Source: an uncultured Gammaproteobacteria bacterium (GTDB lineage Bacteria; Patescibacteriota; Microgenomatia; Levybacterales; UBA12049). From it: DNA of 64,000 bases. The notes beneath the pieces were generated by a model. The model had not been told where the DNA came from, did not search any database, and worked only from the letters and a program-made list of their open reading frames with translations. The translations under genes and the position numbers were made by a program. The stretch spans positions 31,154 through 95,153 of the forward strand of contig CAZWXQ010000003.1 in the NCBI GenBank assembly GCA_964637955.1. The letters are read 5' to 3'. Below, piece by piece: positions 28,781 through 36,511 of the stretch (the stretch's first letter is position 1; every line of letters starts with the position of its first letter).

Positions 28781-29347
28781 ATGAATAAGAAGGATGCAAA
28801 AAAAGCTACGAGACTTTTAATTATTTCCATATTTATAAACATTTTACTTTTACCATTTTTTATTCTTTTTCTAGTCTACTTTAAAACTCCTTACTTTGAT
28901 TGGATCGTTGTAGATAAAAGCTTACCAAGATTATGTGAGTATTTAAAAATTAATCCAACAACTCGAGGTAGTTTATTTGTAGAAAATAACTGCAACAAGA
29001 TGCTGTATGTCTGGAAAGGTCCAAGAGACAAAATTATTAACTATACAGTTACTCAAGGAGATAATTTAGATTTAATAGCTAATAAATTTAATATCTCTAC
29101 AAATACCATCCTGTGGGAAAATGATTTGAACAATACTGAGCTAAAGCCAGGTCAAGTGCTTAGAATTCTGCCTGTTTCGGGAGTGTCATATTTAGTAGTT
29201 AAAGGAGATACTTTAGAATCAGTTGCAGATAAGTTTAAGACTACAAAGCAAAAAATAATCGATTACCCTTTTAATGATTATTCAGATCCGATAATTTTTA
29301 CCCTTATTCCAGGTAAAGTAATAATAGTACCTGATGGGGTAAAGTAG
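28781..29347 (+). CDS. Membrane-anchored protein with two LysM domains
   Basis: YTVTQGDNLDLIANKFNIS...LKPGQVLRI and YLVVKGDTLESVADKF...PGKVIIVP. Confidence 0.9.
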   Translation: MNKKDAKKATRLLIISIFINILLLPFFILFLVYFKTPYFDWIVVDKSLPRLCEYLKINPTTRGSLFVENNCNKMLYVWKGPRDKIINYTVTQGDNLDLIANKFNISTNTILWENDLNNTELKPGQVLRILPVSGVSYLVVKGDTLESVADKFKTTKQKIIDYPFNDYSDPIIFTLIPGKVIIVPDGVK

Positions 29348-29356
29348 TAAATATTT

Positions 29357-29605
29357 ATGAGGTTAAATTATCCAGTAATTATTAAATCGATTTTAATCGT
29401 AGTAGGTGGATTTATGCTTGCTAATTTAATTGGCTATGCTTACATAAGATTCACCTTGGAACAACACCTCGCAGACCCGAATTTAAATTTAACTTATACA
29501 ACATCAGAAATTGTTATAAAGATACTAAACATGGTAATTATTTATGGATCTTTATTAATTGCAGGATATTATATTGGGAAAAATGGAATTAAATCTGAAA
29601 ACTAA
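29357..29605 (+). CDS. Small two-TM hypothetical protein
   Basis: 82-aa ORF with two hydrophobic segments, directly after the LysM gene. Confidence 0.65.
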   Translation: MRLNYPVIIKSILIVVGGFMLANLIGYAYIRFTLEQHLADPNLNLTYTTSEIVIKILNMVIIYGSLLIAGYYIGKNGIKSEN

Positions 29606-29650
29606 GAATGTGCTGAAATTATTGGACGAAGTTGGAGCATATTATTCAAT

Positions 29651-30226
29651 TTAATTTGATATCTTTTTAATTTTGTATACTGTATGACCTTTTCGCTTTC
29701 TAACAAATTCAATTTTTAAATTATATTTTCCTCCCAATCTAGGTATTAAATGATTTAGTCCGCTAACTACAACAAGCCAATATTCTCCATTTGGATTGAG
29801 TTGCTCATAAGGTTGTAAAACAAATTGTTGGGTGATAGCTTCATCCCCAATTTTTGCAGGAACATTAGATACAATTAGGTCAAATTTTTTATCTTTGAAT
29901 TCTTCTACGCCTAGGCTTCCAAATGCTTTTGCATTTGAAATATTATTTTTTATAATGTTTAAATTCGAATATTTAACTGCTAGAAGATCTCTGTCAACCA
30001 TAATTACATCGGCTTGAGGATTATTTTTAGCAAGAATAATGCCTAGTGGCCCATATCCACATCCAATATCTAAAATACTTTTTGGATTATTAGATTCTAT
30101 TGCTCGAATTAGTATATCTGTGCCATGATCGATACTAAAAGTTGAGAATAAAGTTTCACCAACTTCAAAAATAAATTTTTGACCTACATATGGGTAAATT
30201 ATTTCTTTTTTAAAATACGGATCCAT
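29651..30226 (-). CDS. RsmC-like small methyltransferase (MTS domain)
   Basis: LFS...IDHGT, LDIGCGYGPLG, DLIVSNVP. Confidence 0.85.
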   Translation of the reverse strand: MDPYFKKEIIYPYVGQKFIFEVGETLFSTFSIDHGTDILIRAIESNNPKSILDIGCGYGPLGIILAKNNPQADVIMVDRDLLAVKYSNLNIIKNNISNAKAFGSLGVEEFKDKKFDLIVSNVPAKIGDEAITQQFVLQPYEQLNPNGEYWLVVVSGLNHLIPRLGGKYNLKIEFVRKRKGHTVYKIKKISN

Positions 30227-30263
30227 TCTTGGATTATAGCACTTCTGAGGCTAAAGTCATTTG

Positions 30264-30300
30264 CTGCCGGACCTGGACCTTCGCCTACAAGTGCCTACGG
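30264..30300 (-). other. Degenerate 3' half of a second tRNA-Gln
   Basis: CCGT-AGGC-ACTTG...CCAGG-TCCGGCA-G; acceptor strand pairs with 30692-30698 and CCGT pairs with ACGG of the 5' half; T-loop is non-canonical. Confidence 0.6.
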
Positions 30301-30371
30301 CTGCCGGACTAGGATTCGAACCTAGATGAAAGGATTCAGAGTCCTCTATCCTACCATTAGATGATCCGGCA
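30301..30371 (-). tRNA. tRNA-Gln (anticodon CTG)
   Basis: TGCCGGA/TCCGGCA acceptor (U1-A72), GAGGA-CTCTGAA-TCCTT anticodon arm, CTAGG-TTCGAAT-CCTAG T arm; no encoded CCA. Confidence 0.96.
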
Positions 30372-30374
30372 GCC

Positions 30375-30617
30375 CTAGGCGCTAATTAATTTTTTAAATG
30401 CTTCCCCATGTTTATAACTCTTAATTTGTTGTTCTCTTTTAAATGCTTCGCTTTTTGTACTAAAAATTTCACTATAAATCAACACTAATGGTATATATTT
30501 CTTAGTTGATTTATTTTCACCATTATTATGTTGGATTAATCGATTATCAGTATTTGACGTATGACCGACATAGTACCAATTTATTTTTAAGCTCTTCAAA
30601 ATATATACGTAGTACAT
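30375..30617 (-). CDS. Small stand-alone GIY-YIG nuclease family protein
   Basis: YYVYIL, YYVGHT, RLIQHN, EAFKREQQIK. Confidence 0.92.
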   Translation of the reverse strand: MYYVYILKSLKINWYYVGHTSNTDNRLIQHNNGENKSTKKYIPLVLIYSEIFSTKSEAFKREQQIKSYKHGEAFKKLISA

Positions 30618-30625
30618 ATAAAAGC

Positions 30626-30698
30626 TTCAGAGCCAGCGCATATTGCGCGGTCGCGCCAAAGGCGCTGATCCGTTGTCCTACCATTAGACGATCCGGCA
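30626..30698 (-). other. 5' half of a second tRNA-Gln with a 36-nt hairpin insert before the CTCTGAA loop
   Basis: TGCCGGATCGTCTAATGGTAGGACAACGGA, then TCAGCG...CGCTGG insert (30633-30668), then CTCTGAA; preceded by TGGATT-16-TAAAAT promoter-like motif. Confidence 0.75.
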
Positions 30699-30766
30699 AT
30701 GACGCTCTAATTTTACCTTAATCTAGCTTAAAATCCAAACTGAATTGAAATGATATAATAATTCAT

Positions 30767-31174
30767 ATGAAATCAATAAAACAGTGGACGATTCTAGATT
30801 GTGTTCCTGATGTCGCATATGATGCCTGGATGGATAGTAAAAAGCATGGTGAGATGATTAATGCTCACGCTGAGATTGATCCTAATGTTGGGGGAAAATT
30901 TGAAATTTGGGACGGAGAAGTTTTAGGAAAAACTCTTGAACTCGATCCGAAGAAGAACAGGATAGTTCAAGAATGGAGATATGATTATCCTGATTGGCCA
31001 GAAGACGAATCCAGTAAAATTATAGTTGAATTTGTCGCGTATCAAGAAGGGAAATGTAAGCTTAGATTTTGGCAAAGTAAGTTACCTGATAAGTATGCGC
31101 TGGAGATTGAAAATGGTTGGAAAGATTATTATTGGAAGCCTATGAAAGAATATTTCTCCAAAAACTCATCTTAG
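30767..31174 (+). CDS. SRPBCC/AHSA1 domain protein
   Basis: YDAWMD, GGKFEIWDG, IVQEWR, GWKDYYWKPMK. Confidence 0.88.
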   Translation: MKSIKQWTILDCVPDVAYDAWMDSKKHGEMINAHAEIDPNVGGKFEIWDGEVLGKTLELDPKKNRIVQEWRYDYPDWPEDESSKIIVEFVAYQEGKCKLRFWQSKLPDKYALEIENGWKDYYWKPMKEYFSKNSS

Positions 31175-32191
31175 TATTTTATTTTCTCGGACTTTTTCAA
31201 ACATAAATATAAATAGTCCTATTGCCATCATTAGTTCACAAGCTTCTTGCCATTCCCAATGTTTTCCTCCAAGGATGTTTATGTGGGTATAAAATGTAAA
31301 AATGGGTAGGAAGTAAAAAGCATAATTCCATGCGGGAACCAGATCTTCAAATTTGTATCTTAGTTTTTTAGGAAATGCTTTCAAAAATATCCAAGCAGAC
31401 GAAAGATAGAGAGAAAAAGCAAGATACATAATCGGCTGTAAATCATTTAGTCCTTTTATGTTATGAATAGTGGTTTCGTTTTGGGTATTTATCTCAGTTG
31501 CGATTTCAGGAGATGTGATCCCAAGAATTCTTTGACCCCAAGATATTTCTTCCCCTGCGATGAAAAATAAAAAAGTACTAAAACCCAGAAAATAAATAAA
31601 AGTGAGCTTATTTTTTTTAGATAAACTGCTTAGTGAAATTAATAAAGCCAAAATTGCTGCAAAGAAATAGAAGATAAATTGTAAGTTTTCAAATATATTA
31701 TCCTCTTTGATTAGAATGAAAAAAATACCTCCTGGCCAGGTTCGAATGAGAGAGAAGATAATTATTAGAAATATTGAAAGAATAAAGATGCTTCGATCTT
31801 TGTTTTTCATTATCTGCTTTTTGTCTAATGAAAAAATAAATATCGATGCTGAAATTATAAATAGGTAAAAGAAACAATCATAATTTAAGTGAAAAGTGCT
31901 GAAAATAAAATTGGGATATTTTATTAATTCTATGACTGAAAAAGAGATTGTTAATATTGCTGTTGAGGGAAGGATCAAAAATTTATTTGTTTCAGAAATT
32001 AACTTAGGGAGCTCATCTGGAGTTTTTCGAACTAGATTTAAAACAGCAAATAGTAAGCTAAGCATTACTAATGCTCTTACATCGAATAAAAAATGTGATC
32101 TAATAATTCCTGAGTAAGAAAATGATTCAATTAGGATTCCAATTGTGGAAAAGATTGATATTGCTAAATAAGTAATTGTAAATAGATTCAT
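31166..32191 (-). CDS. Hypothetical polytopic membrane protein
   Basis: Many TM segments; EDNIFENLQ, GEEISWGQRILG, NTQNETTIHN motifs. Confidence 0.8.
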   Translation of the reverse strand: MNLFTITYLAISIFSTIGILIESFSYSGIIRSHFLFDVRALVMLSLLFAVLNLVRKTPDELPKLISETNKFLILPSTAILTISFSVIELIKYPNFIFSTFHLNYDCFFYLFIISASIFIFSLDKKQIMKNKDRSIFILSIFLIIIFSLIRTWPGGIFFILIKEDNIFENLQFIFYFFAAILALLISLSSLSKKNKLTFIYFLGFSTFLFFIAGEEISWGQRILGITSPEIATEINTQNETTIHNIKGLNDLQPIMYLAFSLYLSSAWIFLKAFPKKLRYKFEDLVPAWNYAFYFLPIFTFYTHINILGGKHWEWQEACELMMAIGLFIFMFEKVRENKILR

Positions 32192-32279
32192 TTTTTTATC
32201 TATTAAAATAGTAAACCAAATTTAGTTTAAATTCAAAAATACTTGACTATGCTTTGCGCAAGTGGTCTACTAAATGTAG

Positions 32280-33659
32280 ATGGAAAAAAAAGTTAGTGAG
32301 CAGATCGAGAGAATAGCTAGTGCTCCAGCTGAGGCGTTAGATAAAACCGTGAATGCTTCGGGTCATTTAATAAATAACCAAGGCGTAAAAAAAGCTAATG
32401 ATTATTGGAAGAATTTAGGTCCAGGTCTTACCACTGGAGCTGCAGATGACGATCCATCAGGTATAGCTACATACTCTCAAACAGGTGCACAATATGGATT
32501 TCAATTTCTATGGATGGCGCCATTTACTTTTCCTCTAATGTCAATTGTTCAGGAAATGTGTGCTCGCATAGGAATTGTAACCGGGAGAGGGCTTGCTGGC
32601 AACATCAGGATTCATTTTCCAAGATGGGTTCTTTATTTATGTACTGCGCTTCTGTTTTTTGCAAACACTTTAAATATTGGGGCGAATATCGGAGCTATGG
32701 CAAAATCCACTCAATTAATTTTTCCTAATATTAGCTTTAGCACTTTAGTTTTAATTTTTGCGATTGTAAGTCTTGGGCTTCAGATTTATGTTAGCTATGA
32801 AAGGTATGCTAAGTATCTTAAATGGCTTGCCTTAATACTACTTTCATATGTGGCTGTAGCGCTCATGTTGGCATTTACCGGAAAACTTGAAACGTCAGAA
32901 ATACTTAGAGCTACTTTTATTCCCTCGTTCTCATTTTCAAGAGATCAAATTATTATAGTATGCGCAATCCTTGGTACCACGATTTCACCCTATTTATTCT
33001 TTTGGCAAACATCTCAAGAGGTTGAAGAAAGCATATTAAAAGGACAAACAACTCTGAAGTTAAGGCAAGAAGCAGTAACGAAAAAAGAAATAAGTTTAAT
33101 GCGCCAAGATGTTTGGAGTGGAATGTTTTTATCAAATTTAGTTATGTTTTTTATCATTGCAGCTTGTGGAGCTACGCTTTATCAAAATGGAATAACTAAC
33201 ATTGCAACAGCTGCTGATGCTGCTGCTGCTCTAAGGCCAATTGCAGGGGACGGAGCATACGTACTTTTTGCACTCGGAGTAATAGGTACAGGAATGCTTT
33301 CAATCCCTGTCCTCGCTGGATCAGCCTCATATGCCATGAGTGAGAGTTTTGGGTGGAAAACAGGTCTTTATAGAAAGCTAAAGGAGGCAAATGCTTTTTA
33401 CGGAATAATAATAATTGCGACATTCATAGGAGTAGCTTTAAATTTTATAGGAATAGACCCTATAAAAGCTTTAATTTACTCTGCGGTCGTTAATGGAATA
33501 GTAGCGCCAGTCATCCTTGTTACTATTTTACTTCTTAGTAGTAATAAAAAAATAATGGGAGACAAAGTAAATCATCCGATAGTCACAATAATGGGATGGT
33601 TTATAACTATCATAATGATAATTACGGGTATAGCTGCCATATTCTTCACATTATTTTGA
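32280..33659 (+). CDS. NRAMP-family divalent metal transporter
   Basis: LGPGLTTGAADDDPSG, GTTISPYLFFWQ; polytopic membrane protein. Confidence 0.92.
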   Translation: MEKKVSEQIERIASAPAEALDKTVNASGHLINNQGVKKANDYWKNLGPGLTTGAADDDPSGIATYSQTGAQYGFQFLWMAPFTFPLMSIVQEMCARIGIVTGRGLAGNIRIHFPRWVLYLCTALLFFANTLNIGANIGAMAKSTQLIFPNISFSTLVLIFAIVSLGLQIYVSYERYAKYLKWLALILLSYVAVALMLAFTGKLETSEILRATFIPSFSFSRDQIIIVCAILGTTISPYLFFWQTSQEVEESILKGQTTLKLRQEAVTKKEISLMRQDVWSGMFLSNLVMFFIIAACGATLYQNGITNIATAADAAAALRPIAGDGAYVLFALGVIGTGMLSIPVLAGSASYAMSESFGWKTGLYRKLKEANAFYGIIIIATFIGVALNFIGIDPIKALIYSAVVNGIVAPVILVTILLLSSNKKIMGDKVNHPIVTIMGWFITIIMIITGIAAIFFTLF

Positions 33660-34324
33660 TGCCGAAAAAGCAATCTAATATTATTTTGGGAGTGATAGTT
33701 TTGGTAGTTTCCGTTTTTGCTATTTTCTTTTCAAATGATGGCTCTAAAAACATATCATTTGGAGAGAAAACATTAAAGCCAAGTCCAGATGTTTATGAGA
33801 AAGAAGTTCTTGGTGCTTCGATTTTTCCCACAAGATTACCGACTCCTACATTAATAAATTCTGCTTCACCAACACCACTTGCCACAATTGAATCAAATGC
33901 AGCTGTTTATAAGGTTGTGAAAGTTGTAGATGGTGATACGCTAGATGTAGATATTGATGGTAAAGTAGAGAGACTTCGTTTGATTGGAATTGATACCCCT
34001 GAGACTGTGGATCCTAGAAAAGCAATTCAATGTTTTGGAATTGAAGCTAGTAATAAAGCAAAAGAACTTTTGACAGGTCAGTATGTAAGTCTTGAAACAG
34101 ACCCAACACAAGGTGAAAGGGACAAATATAAAAGACTTCTTAGATACGTTTTTTTACCAGATGGCACAAATTACAATCTTTATATGATTAAAGAAGGCTA
34201 TGCGCATGAATATACATATAGCTCTAAATACAAATATCAGCTTGCGTTTAGAGAAGCAGAAACTTTAGCGAGAGAAAACCAAAGAGGTTTATGGTCACCT
34301 GATACTTGCTCGAGGAATAAATAA
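33659..34324 (+). CDS. Membrane-anchored thermonuclease (SNase-like)
   Basis: VVDGDT, RLIGIDTPE, DKYKRLLRYV, RGLWS; start overlaps the NRAMP stop (TGATG). Confidence 0.92.
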   Translation: MPKKQSNIILGVIVLVVSVFAIFFSNDGSKNISFGEKTLKPSPDVYEKEVLGASIFPTRLPTPTLINSASPTPLATIESNAAVYKVVKVVDGDTLDVDIDGKVERLRLIGIDTPETVDPRKAIQCFGIEASNKAKELLTGQYVSLETDPTQGERDKYKRLLRYVFLPDGTNYNLYMIKEGYAHEYTYSSKYKYQLAFREAETLARENQRGLWSPDTCSRNK

Positions 34325-34340
34325 TTTATATAATGGTTTT

Positions 34341-34406
34341 ATGTTGAAAATGCATTTTGCCAAGACTACCACTAATACCTTCCAGCCTAGCTGGGAGATG
34401 TGTTAG
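34341..34406 (+). CDS. Putative leader peptide MLKMHFAKTTTNTFQPSWEMC
   Basis: ATG 6 nt after TATAAT (34329-34334); four Thr in five codons overlapping attenuator segment 1. Confidence 0.65.
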   Translation: MLKMHFAKTTTNTFQPSWEMC

Positions 34407-34458
34407 TGGAATAACTCCAAATTCCTCCAAGACACCTCCCAACTAGCGGGAGGTTTTT
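34369..34458 (+). promoter_or_regulatory. Transcription attenuator (1:2, 2:3, 3:4 alternative stems)
   Basis: 1:2 = 34369-34386 with 34390-34409; 2:3 = 34387-34403 with 34432-34446; 3:4 = ACCTCCC/GGGAGGT plus T tract. Confidence 0.75.
34434..34458 (+). terminator. Intrinsic terminator of the attenuator
   Basis: ACCTCCC-AACTAGC-GGGAGGT-TTTT. Confidence 0.75.
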
Positions 34459-34680
34459 AATATTTGTGCTCCGTCAGTTTCAACTGGCAGAAAATGAATT
34501 TAATTTAAAAGTCTATGATGCTCGCTAAGTAAAAATTTTACAAAGCGGTGCATATAAGAATTTCTAAGCAAGTAATTTGATTTGAAATTCAATACTTAGA
34601 TCTTTGATCTAAGTATAACTAACTCTAAATCTCTCCCTCTGAAGAGGGTTCGATAAGAGATTACTAAGGAGGTGATTAAA

Positions 34681-35007
34681 ATGATTAAAGGACCAGAGCA
34701 TGGATGTCTAGAGGCACAATTGCCGAGAGGATTTCAAGTGCAACCAGAAGTAGATAGATCAGATCAAGCACTAGATGAAGTGGGCAGAAGCCAGTTGAGT
34801 TTCCAGGCCCAGTCTCCTTGGCGAGTAGAGCTTGATCAAGGCCATGAGGGAGAAGGTGTGATATTTCGCGAGTTAAGCCGTGATGAATTACCTATGAATG
34901 TCGCATTAGCAAAAGCCCTTGACTCCATAAGTCCTCGAGAGCTCGATGCGACAATTCAATATCATTTAGAATTGGCTCGTGAGTTCGATGGACCAGGAGG
35001 CCCATAA
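34681..35007 (+). CDS. Hypothetical acidic protein
   Basis: Strong SD TAAGGAGGTGA before ATG 34681; no family recognised. Confidence 0.65.
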   Translation: MIKGPEHGCLEAQLPRGFQVQPEVDRSDQALDEVGRSQLSFQAQSPWRVELDQGHEGEGVIFRELSRDELPMNVALAKALDSISPRELDATIQYHLELAREFDGPGGP

Positions 35008-35016
35008 AAGGTTTTG

Positions 35017-35035
35017 GCCGGGGCTAGTTCCCGGC
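35017..35035. terminator. GC-rich hairpin between convergent genes
   Basis: GCCGGG-GCTAGTT-CCCGGC; no adjacent T tract. Confidence 0.4.
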
Positions 35036-35655
35036 TACTGCCCAATATAATTTCGAAGAGGGCAATCAATGTGCTTACAGCGGGCTGTGCAGTACTGTCT
35101 TCCGTATTCTGCAAAAAGATAAGTAATTTCTCCCCAATCTTTTTTAGGAAAAACCTTCATAAGATCCTGTTCGATTTTAGTTGGATCTTGCGACTGTGTT
35201 AAGCCAAATAGATTGCTAAGTCTTCTTGCGTGAGTGTCGATAGCAATTCCCTCAGTCTTTCCATAAATACAATAAAGAACTACATTGGCAGTTTTTCTTC
35301 CTACTCCTGGGAGACTTGTTAAATCTTCCATTGTGTCTGGAACTTTTCCATCAAATTTATCCTGAATTACCTGAACTGTTGCTTTTATATTCTTAGCCTT
35401 AGCTCGGAAAAGTCCAATTCTCTTAATGTCGTTTTCAAATTCTGGAAGAGAAGCATTCACATAATCTCTTAAGGTTTTATATTTTTTAAATAGATCATCT
35501 GTAATGACGTTAACTTGCTTGTCTTGAGATTGTGCAGACATTATTACAGCAATAAGTAGCTCAAGACCATTGCTATAATTTAAGGCAATTTTTACATTTG
35601 GAAATAATTTCTTTAACTCTTCGGTAATTTTTTCTGCTTTTTGATTTTTAGTCAT
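35035..35655 (-). CDS. nth: Endonuclease III
   Basis: LLIAVIMSAQSQD, HhH LPGVGRKTANVVL, IAIDTH. Confidence 0.93.
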   Translation of the reverse strand: MTKNQKAEKITEELKKLFPNVKIALNYSNGLELLIAVIMSAQSQDKQVNVITDDLFKKYKTLRDYVNASLPEFENDIKRIGLFRAKAKNIKATVQVIQDKFDGKVPDTMEDLTSLPGVGRKTANVVLYCIYGKTEGIAIDTHARRLSNLFGLTQSQDPTKIEQDLMKVFPKKDWGEITYLFAEYGRQYCTARCKHIDCPLRNYIGQ

Positions 35656-35666
35656 TGTTAACTCAA

Positions 35667-36161
35667 TTAAGATTTGCTGTGAGGGTTTTTTTCCATATCG
35701 CTTATTTTTTGTTGAATAAAAATCATAGCGTTTTTAATATCATCAAGATCTTTCTGAATATCTTCAACGTCTTCCTCTAGTTCTTCCTGTTCTTTTTCCT
35801 CTTCTTTCTCTTCCTCATCTTCTTCCAGGTCACGATATGTATCTACTAGAGCTTGTCTGTTCTGATTAATAAGAATAAATGTAGCTAGGAAGATTGCTTC
35901 AAGAGAGACAACCATTGTAAGTAATCCAAAGGGATAGGGATCAAACTGGGGGATTATTCCAAAAGTTGTTACATTTATAAAAATCCAAATACCAAACCAG
36001 GCAATATGAAAATAAATAAAATTCATACTACCAGTCCAGTTGCTAATATATTCAGCAATTCTTCCTTCAGCTGAATGAATTTTTTTTAGTACTTGTTCTG
36101 GTTTGGTTCCTTGTGGAAATCCAATGGGTAAAATTTCATTATGTTCTATCTTCTTTTTCAT
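35667..36161 (-). CDS. DUF1003 domain membrane protein
   Basis: GSMNFI, FDPYPFGLLTMVVSLEAIFLATFILINQNRQ; acidic coiled coil. Confidence 0.88.
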   Translation of the reverse strand: MKKKIEHNEILPIGFPQGTKPEQVLKKIHSAEGRIAEYISNWTGSMNFIYFHIAWFGIWIFINVTTFGIIPQFDPYPFGLLTMVVSLEAIFLATFILINQNRQALVDTYRDLEEDEEEKEEEKEQEELEEDVEDIQKDLDDIKNAMIFIQQKISDMEKNPHSKS

Positions 36162-36425
36162 GACTCAATTTTACCCTTCGGTCATAGAAGGCGTCAACCC
36201 TCGATTACAGAAAATTAATTTATGTATTTTAGCTGCTTTTTGTTAAATTAAGCCTTATGTTATGTATAGTTCCTATCTTATCTCACTTCGTGATTGTTTG
36301 ATAAGTACTGCGGACTGAAGTTTAAAATGTAAAACTTTCAGAATTCTTGCACTTTTGTCCCTTTACTTTGTAATTGCTCCAAAAGTGCTGCGGCCTGAGT
36401 TTATCATTTAATCTTCTGTCCTTGC

Positions 36426-36470
36426 CCTTGAGCTACGCTCAAGGACTGCGTCGCGAATCTATTGATTCGC
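36426..36470. repeat. REP-like GC-rich hairpins upstream of lon
   Basis: CCTTGAGC-TAC-GCTCAAGG (36426-36444) and GCGAATC-TATT-GATTCGC (36453-36470). Confidence 0.55.
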
Positions 36471-36473
36471 TCC

Positions 36474-36507
36474 TTGACAACTAGCAGGTGCTATGATAGA
36501 GTGCTAA
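36474..36507 (+). promoter_or_regulatory. Promoter with CIRCE (HrcA operator)-like element
   Basis: TTGACA (36474) -17- TAGAGT; CTAGCAGGT-N9-GAGTGCTAA versus consensus TTAGCACTC-N9-GAGTGCTAA. Confidence 0.75.
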
Positions 36508-36511
36508 TAAC

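Noticed and set aside
30264-30698. Group I intron in a tRNA carrying a homing endonuclease
   Set aside because: No group I core (P3-P7) is visible and there is no room for one: the insert is almost entirely ORF plus a second tRNA, and the outer T-loop is degenerate.
16651-30700. Prophage or intact integrative element
   Set aside because: No integrase, terminase, capsid or replication genes; only scars and cargo are visible.
30506-30721. 71-aa + strand ORF across the tRNA-like 5' half
   Set aside because: Antisense to the GIY-YIG gene and the structured RNA; likely chance.
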